In this document: positions 58,741-64,000 of the stretch, in pieces | Position numbering within the stretch: position 1 is the first letter of the stretch | Layout of the letters: every line of letters starts with the position of its first letter | DNA from: Schmidtea polychroa | Taxonomy: Eukaryota | NCBI GenBank assembly: GCA_044892525.1 | Contig: CM097885.1 | Span: 37,946,001-38,010,000, forward strand | Direction: 5' to 3' | Length of the DNA: 64,000 nt | Made by a program: the position numbers and the translations under genes | Notes under the pieces: model-generated | What the model saw: the letters and a program-made list of their open reading frames with translations, nothing else | Databases searched by the model: none | Told to the model about the DNA's origin: nothing

Positions 58741-59838
58741 GTACGTGATAAAAATTTTGATTAATATTTGCCACGCAAAGATTTACTCATATTCACATAA
58801 AATTCAACCATTAAGCCACATCAGTGTGTGGCTGAATTCCATTAATATTTTTATGTATAATTATAACTTTTAATCGGCATGACATTTATTTTCAATATTA
58901 TCTGAAAATTAATTTCATATCGAATGATGCATAATTTATTCAATTTCATTGAGCAATTTAAAACTTTTAGTTTTGTATAGTAATTTGTCTTCATTTAGTT
59001 TTCCCTATTTTACAAATCTTCGAAATTGTATAAAACATTGATTGACTCATACCAAATACTACAGTTTATTGTTATCAAATTCGGTTCTATGCACTTATTA
59101 GGTAGTTTGCCCGTTCTATATTGTATTGATATTCCAGATTTTAAGATAGACTTTATGTTCATAAAAATAATATAAAGCCACATATTGATTTTTAAATGAA
59201 TACACTTCTATGAAATTATTATTGTTACCAAATGTTTCAACGAAATAAATCAATTGACCATAGTAAAATTACAGATAGCTGCTTTAACTTTTAGATGTTC
59301 TATTTTTTTAGAAAAAATTTATCCTATAGCACTGTGAAATCTGCAATTATTCCACAATACCCTATTTTTAAAAATAAGATGAAAGTAATTCCAGATCTAA
59401 AAACAAAAATTTGAAATAAAAATGTCAAATTAATAAATATTTATATTAATTTTAGATTATATTCAGTATTATACCAAATCATCAATAAATTTTAATTTAT
59501 TTTACATCTCAGGCTTTACGATAAATCCATTTTATTGACAAGAATTGTTTTGACTATTTCATTGTTTAAAAACATAATATTTACAAACATTTCTTTTCAA
59601 AAAAATAAATAATTCCCAAAAAGGGAATTGACACTATAGAAAAAAACTTTTTATAATACGCTAGATATTTATAGTTTCATAATACTGATTTTTTCCTCTT
59701 AGAGTCTCTAAACATTAATAATCACTGTCTTAATATAATTTATGTGACGTTTTATATACATATTTTATCAATAACTGCTTAATTTTTATGTAAAAAGTTT
59801 AAAACTGTTGACTCTTGAAATAACCAAGTCATCACAAA

Positions 59839-62800
59839 TAGGGTGGAGCTTATTTTTGAACTTTCAAAATATTACCTTCTTACCCTCCCATTCTGTTCCT
59901 ATATATGAAAGAAAAATTCAGGCAAAATATGAACACAATTGAACAATATTTAGTTGGTAGCTCAAGGACAGAGAAGTTTCTGATACTCTTAAGCAGCGGC
60001 CGCCCATTTATTTACAGTACTTTACTATAGTAACTGAGAACTAAGTAAATTGAGACTTTCTCAGACTCTGATAATCATACAACATTTCAATCCTATTTTT
60101 ACAATATACAATTAACACAAATTCTTCATAGTCCAGGCATGATCAGACTTGTTTAGTATGTTTACTGTGTGGACTGGCTATTGCAGGAGTTTGACAAATG
60201 TGTTTATAAATTTAATTTGTAAACAGTTGATAACACTACTATTAAAGTGAGCATTAAATTGCTGGTAGGCCACTGAAGTGAAGCAAGCCTTCCTGAATCT
60301 ATAGCTGCTGGTAAGTTAGTTGAATGTTATTTGAATATTGAATATTATTTTCAATGTTTAAGTGTGAATAGTAATTAAATGAAGATATAGATTAGTTAGA
60401 TAAGTAAATGTGAATTTTGTAATACAATTATTCAAATTAACATATCAATCCATGATTCCAAAGTCAATGCTATTTTTATAATATTCATTTCAGATTCATT
60501 TCTGTAAGAAAATGTCATCAGTTGCAAAAGCAACACGATCTCAAACTGAGTTGTATCTTCTTGGCGATTCCGTGACTCAGTTAGGTGGCAGCAAGCTGCC
60601 ATCTTTACGTATGGCTCTTGGACTGTTCCTACATCACCATCTGGAACTGAAAGAGACAATAAGACAATCATCGGCTGTTACCATTACAGAAGTATCGAAG
60701 TTTTGGCAGAAAGCGAGGATCCCGATGAGAGATCATCAAAACTGCCAAACCAAGGTTGAGCATGCATTTGAAGAATGGCGTCTTCTGAAAAAGAACAAGG
60801 CACGATTATCAGCAACTCAACTATCGAGAGAATCAGCTTTTAGTTCCAAGCTCGAAGATCTCTTTGATCTTGCTCATGCTGATGCACTGACCAGCCCCTC
60901 GGTACTACAGGAAGATAAAAATTTCTTGTTAGCCCAGAGAGAAAAAGGAAGAAGGGGGTCGATGACTGGTGCAGATGAAAAACTTGCTGCTAAGGAGAAA
61001 AGATCATTTGAACGAGATGAGCAAATGCTTGCGAGGCGACAGCGAATGGAGCAAGTGAAGCAGTTAGCAGCTTCTACCGCTGAACTGATATCGTCATCTT
61101 CTGAAACCAGCTTAGATGGTGGAAACATGAAAAGTGGAGAAAATCTAAGTGATGATGCTGCAGGAGGCAGCACATTTCGGACGCCAAAAAGAAAGAGGGG
61201 ACGAAAAACTGTTATTACTCCAGAACTTGCAGTAGCTTTAGATAGAACTAAAGTGTCAGATCGCAAGGCTGTTTTCGTTATTGTAGAGACTGCTAAAAGC
61301 CTGGGACAGAACATCGATGAACTTGCTCTAAACAGAGACTCGATTCGACGACTTAGGGTAGAACATCGAGTTCAGAGAGCTGCCAACATAAAAGCAAAGT
61401 TCCAGGATAATGTACCACTTGTAGTTCATTGGGACGGCAAACTGATTCCTGATCTGATTGGAAAGGAGAAGGTTGATCGACTGCCGGTTTTGGTTTCTGG
61501 AAAAGGAGTATCTCAGCTACTTACAGTTGCTAAGCTTCCATCTGGAACAGGCGAAGCTCAGGCTGCTGCTGTATATGAAGCCATCAAAGACTGGGGCATA
61601 GCCAAGAGTATCCGAGCTATGTGTTTTGACACTACTAGCTCAAACACTGGTCGGATTGCTGGTGCTTGTGTACTGTTAGAGCAGAAGCTTCAGAAGGAGT
61701 TGTTATCACTGGCTTGTAGGCACCACATTATGGAACTGATAATTGGGGCAGTTTTCCAGGTCTGCATGGGAGCCTCATCCTCCCCAGAAGTTGCACTCTT
61801 CAAACGCTTTCAAGAGTTCTGGAGATTTAAAGATACGGCTAAGTATGAAGCAGGCACTACAGCTGATGACGTAGCAAGTTTACTGGAGGATATAAAGCAA
61901 GACACCGTCGATTATGCCAACAAGTATCTTGAACAGAGTCAGCCGAGAGATGACTATAAAGGATTCTTGGAACTTGTATTTGTCTTCCTCGGTGCTGCTC
62001 CTCCCAGAGGTGTACGGTTCATGGCACCTGGTGCAATGCACCATGCTCGTTGGATGTCCGAGGTGATATACAGCCTAAAAATTATGATGTTCAAGGCGCA
62101 GTTCAAGCTGAATACTGCAGAAGAGCGAGGGTTGCGTGATGTTTGTGTATTTGCAGTACGAGTGTACCTGAAAGCTTGGATATCTGCACCTCAAGCAGCA
62201 GGTGCTCCATTCAGTGACTTGCTGCTGCTGAAGTCGCTGCTCGAGTACTCATCAATACATGCAGCCATTTCAAAGGCAACATCTCGCAAGTTTGCAAATC
62301 ATTTGTGGTACTTATCCGAGAAACTGGTAAGCTTGGCTTTTTTCGACAGTCGGGTCAGTTCGTCAACCAAACGACTGATGGTGAGTGCCATGCAAAATGA
62401 TGAAAACCAGGATTCTGATCATTGCAAACGTATCACAGTTGCTCTTGGTTCATTCAAAGAGAAAAACTTGGAAGATTTTGTCACAGCTAAATCAATGATT
62501 CTGCTTCAACAGCTTGAACTGCCAGATGGATTTCTTGCAGTTGACCCAGACTTGTGTGGAGACAGAGATGATTACAAACAAGCTGCAGAAACAGTTACAT
62601 CTCTAAAAGTTGTAAATGACCATGCTGAGCGTGGAGTGGCCCTCATTCAGGAATACAGTGGATTAATCACCCGTGATGAAACACAACTTCAATTCTTGCT
62701 GCAAGTTGTCCAGGACCATCGCAAAATGTATCCCGACAGCAGGAAAAAGACTCTGTCCGCCATCTCTGGGTTTACATAATAACAGTTAATTTCAAGTTTG

Positions 62801-63073
62801 CTGGACATTTACAGATTGTTTGTGTCAGAAGCTAAAGAAACATTTCACTATTAATGTCTATGTGTGTAACACTGAAGTTTGCAAAAAAATAAAATAGAAT
62901 CAGAATTTGTTGAATTTACAAAAATTTTATCATATTTCAGGCACTTGAGCTACCTCTAAACATAAAAATTTATTGCTTAAACTTTTTATACAGTGTTTCT
63001 ATACCATAAGGGACATATTAGGGGGGTAAGACTTTCAAAAATTATTTTTTTTTATTTTTTAAGCTCCACCCTA
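59839..63073 (+). mobile_element. Full-length hAT DNA transposon (hATm-type), 3235 bp, in a SETD2 intron
   Basis: Perfect 14-bp TIR TAGGGTGGAGCTTA/TAAGCTCCACCCTA; perfect 8-bp TSD ATCACAAA (59831-59838, 63074-63081); subterminal TCTTACCC and GGTAGCTCAAG mirrored at both ends. Confidence 0.93.
60512..62779 (+). CDS. hAT-family DDE transposase, 755 aa, uninterrupted
   Basis: VVHWDGKL (D1), CFDTTSSNTG (D2), ACRHH (CxxH), HHARWM, HLWYLSE, VVNDHAERGV (E). Confidence 0.92.
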   Translation: MSSVAKATRSQTELYLLGDSVTQLGGSKLPSLRMALGLFLHHHLELKETIRQSSAVTITEVSKFWQKARIPMRDHQNCQTKVEHAFEEWRLLKKNKARLSATQLSRESAFSSKLEDLFDLAHADALTSPSVLQEDKNFLLAQREKGRRGSMTGADEKLAAKEKRSFERDEQMLARRQRMEQVKQLAASTAELISSSSETSLDGGNMKSGENLSDDAAGGSTFRTPKRKRGRKTVITPELAVALDRTKVSDRKAVFVIVETAKSLGQNIDELALNRDSIRRLRVEHRVQRAANIKAKFQDNVPLVVHWDGKLIPDLIGKEKVDRLPVLVSGKGVSQLLTVAKLPSGTGEAQAAAVYEAIKDWGIAKSIRAMCFDTTSSNTGRIAGACVLLEQKLQKELLSLACRHHIMELIIGAVFQVCMGASSSPEVALFKRFQEFWRFKDTAKYEAGTTADDVASLLEDIKQDTVDYANKYLEQSQPRDDYKGFLELVFVFLGAAPPRGVRFMAPGAMHHARWMSEVIYSLKIMMFKAQFKLNTAEERGLRDVCVFAVRVYLKAWISAPQAAGAPFSDLLLLKSLLEYSSIHAAISKATSRKFANHLWYLSEKLVSLAFFDSRVSSSTKRLMVSAMQNDENQDSDHCKRITVALGSFKEKNLEDFVTAKSMILLQQLELPDGFLAVDPDLCGDRDDYKQAAETVTSLKVVNDHAERGVALIQEYSGLITRDETQLQFLLQVVQDHRKMYPDSRKKTLSAISGFT

Positions 63074-63496
63074 ATCACAAATTATTGATTCATAATATGA
63101 TTATTTCAACATTTGATCACACTTAATATTTTTGGCTTTTGTTACTGCTTCTGTAACAATGAATAAATCAATGTCAAACGCACTTTTGCACTAAAACACG
63201 TACATGACTTTGTGGTGGTTGGAATAGACTATATTTTGTATTATGGAAGGGATATTTCAAATTTTCATAACTCCTGATAGAAATGACCTAGCGAGCTACA
63301 AATATTTGTTTCATATTGAAAATGCTGTGTAAATTTTATGATCGGAGATGTTTTTATATTTTTCAGACAAACAGATGTACCTAAAATGTCTAATAATTCT
63401 CAGTTAAATACGTTTCATTTTATAATCAAGATAATAATTGTTTTTTTTTGAAAATTATCTGTTTAAATAGTTCAAAATCGTATGGATGTAATTTAG

Positions 63497-64000
63497 ATTC
63501 TATCTGATCTCAATATCGGTGGCCAAGAAGAAATCATCGGTCTTATGAATAATAACAACGAGGAAAATAAAGCCTCATCTGCATCTTCATATTCTAATTC
63601 CAGCTCTAAATCTGTAGATGATTATCTGAAATCTGATCTCAATGCAATAATTAAAAAACCCTTTGGTTTACCTCCGAATTGGCATTCTCGTCAAGCAGAA
63701 AATGGGAAATTATATTATTACAATACTGTAACTAAAATAACACAGTGGGAAATTCCCGTTTATCCATGGGATGCTGGTGAAGGAGATCCCATGGCTTATA
63801 ATTTTGGAAATGCTAGTGATTATCAAATATCAAGGAAGGACGTGCTGATTGTTCGTTGATTTTATTTTATAATCACAGGAACTTTATTTAGGTGGTTTTA
63901 TTTCGTTTAGATGTTTGAAGAATACAGGAAAAGCTATAAATTACAGAGATTAGAAGAAAGACGCAAGACACGTTTAGAAAGATCAATTCAAAGAAAATTA
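63497..64000 (+). CDS. SETD2: SETD2-like exons 63497-63841 (WW domain) and 63911 to >64000; gene continues past the window
   Basis: Phase-0 acceptor TTTAG|ATT; WW domain LPPNWHSRQAENGKLYYYNTVTKITQWEIP; a 69-nt intron, then open frame MFEEYRKSYKLQRLEERRK. Confidence 0.82.

Noticed and set aside
60432..61314. Minus-strand ORFs overlapping the transposase
   Set aside because: Expected shadows in a GC-richer ORF; no independent coding signal
63471..63496. Alternative SETD2 acceptor at 63470
   Set aside because: It introduces an in-frame TAA; the 63496 acceptor is open

Overview
Very AT-rich eukaryotic (animal) genomic DNA with 42-75 nt mini-introns and a dense load of transposon relics. This profile is consistent with a triclad flatworm, but that is an inference only. 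Five host loci can be read, all on the + strand: the last coding exon of a kaptin/KPTN-like gene (3663-3834, missed by the ORF track), a 4-exon RPL7-like gene (5642-6531), a frameshifted NDUFA7 copy (11466-11835), an uncharacterised ~11-exon coiled-coil gene (16529-33445), and most of a SETD2-type H3K36 methyltransferase gene (39672 to beyond 64000; AWS-SET-postSET and WW domains). The rest is microsatellite, minisatellite, MITEs (hAT, Tc1/mariner, piggyBac-like) and decayed Gypsy, Penelope, LINE, MULE and hAT fragments. The best lead is an intact, GC-richer hAT transposon (59839-63073, perfect 14-bp TIR and 8-bp TSD) lying in sense orientation in a SETD2 intron. Its putative splice acceptor is in frame with the upstream SETD2 exon, so the locus could yield a SET-domain/transposase fusion lacking WW and SRI. 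Other leads are three minimal type I hammerhead ribozyme motifs in Penelope-like fragments, a possible Polinton/Maverick end, and two unexplained structured GC islands. All exon models are manual readings and no database searches were run.
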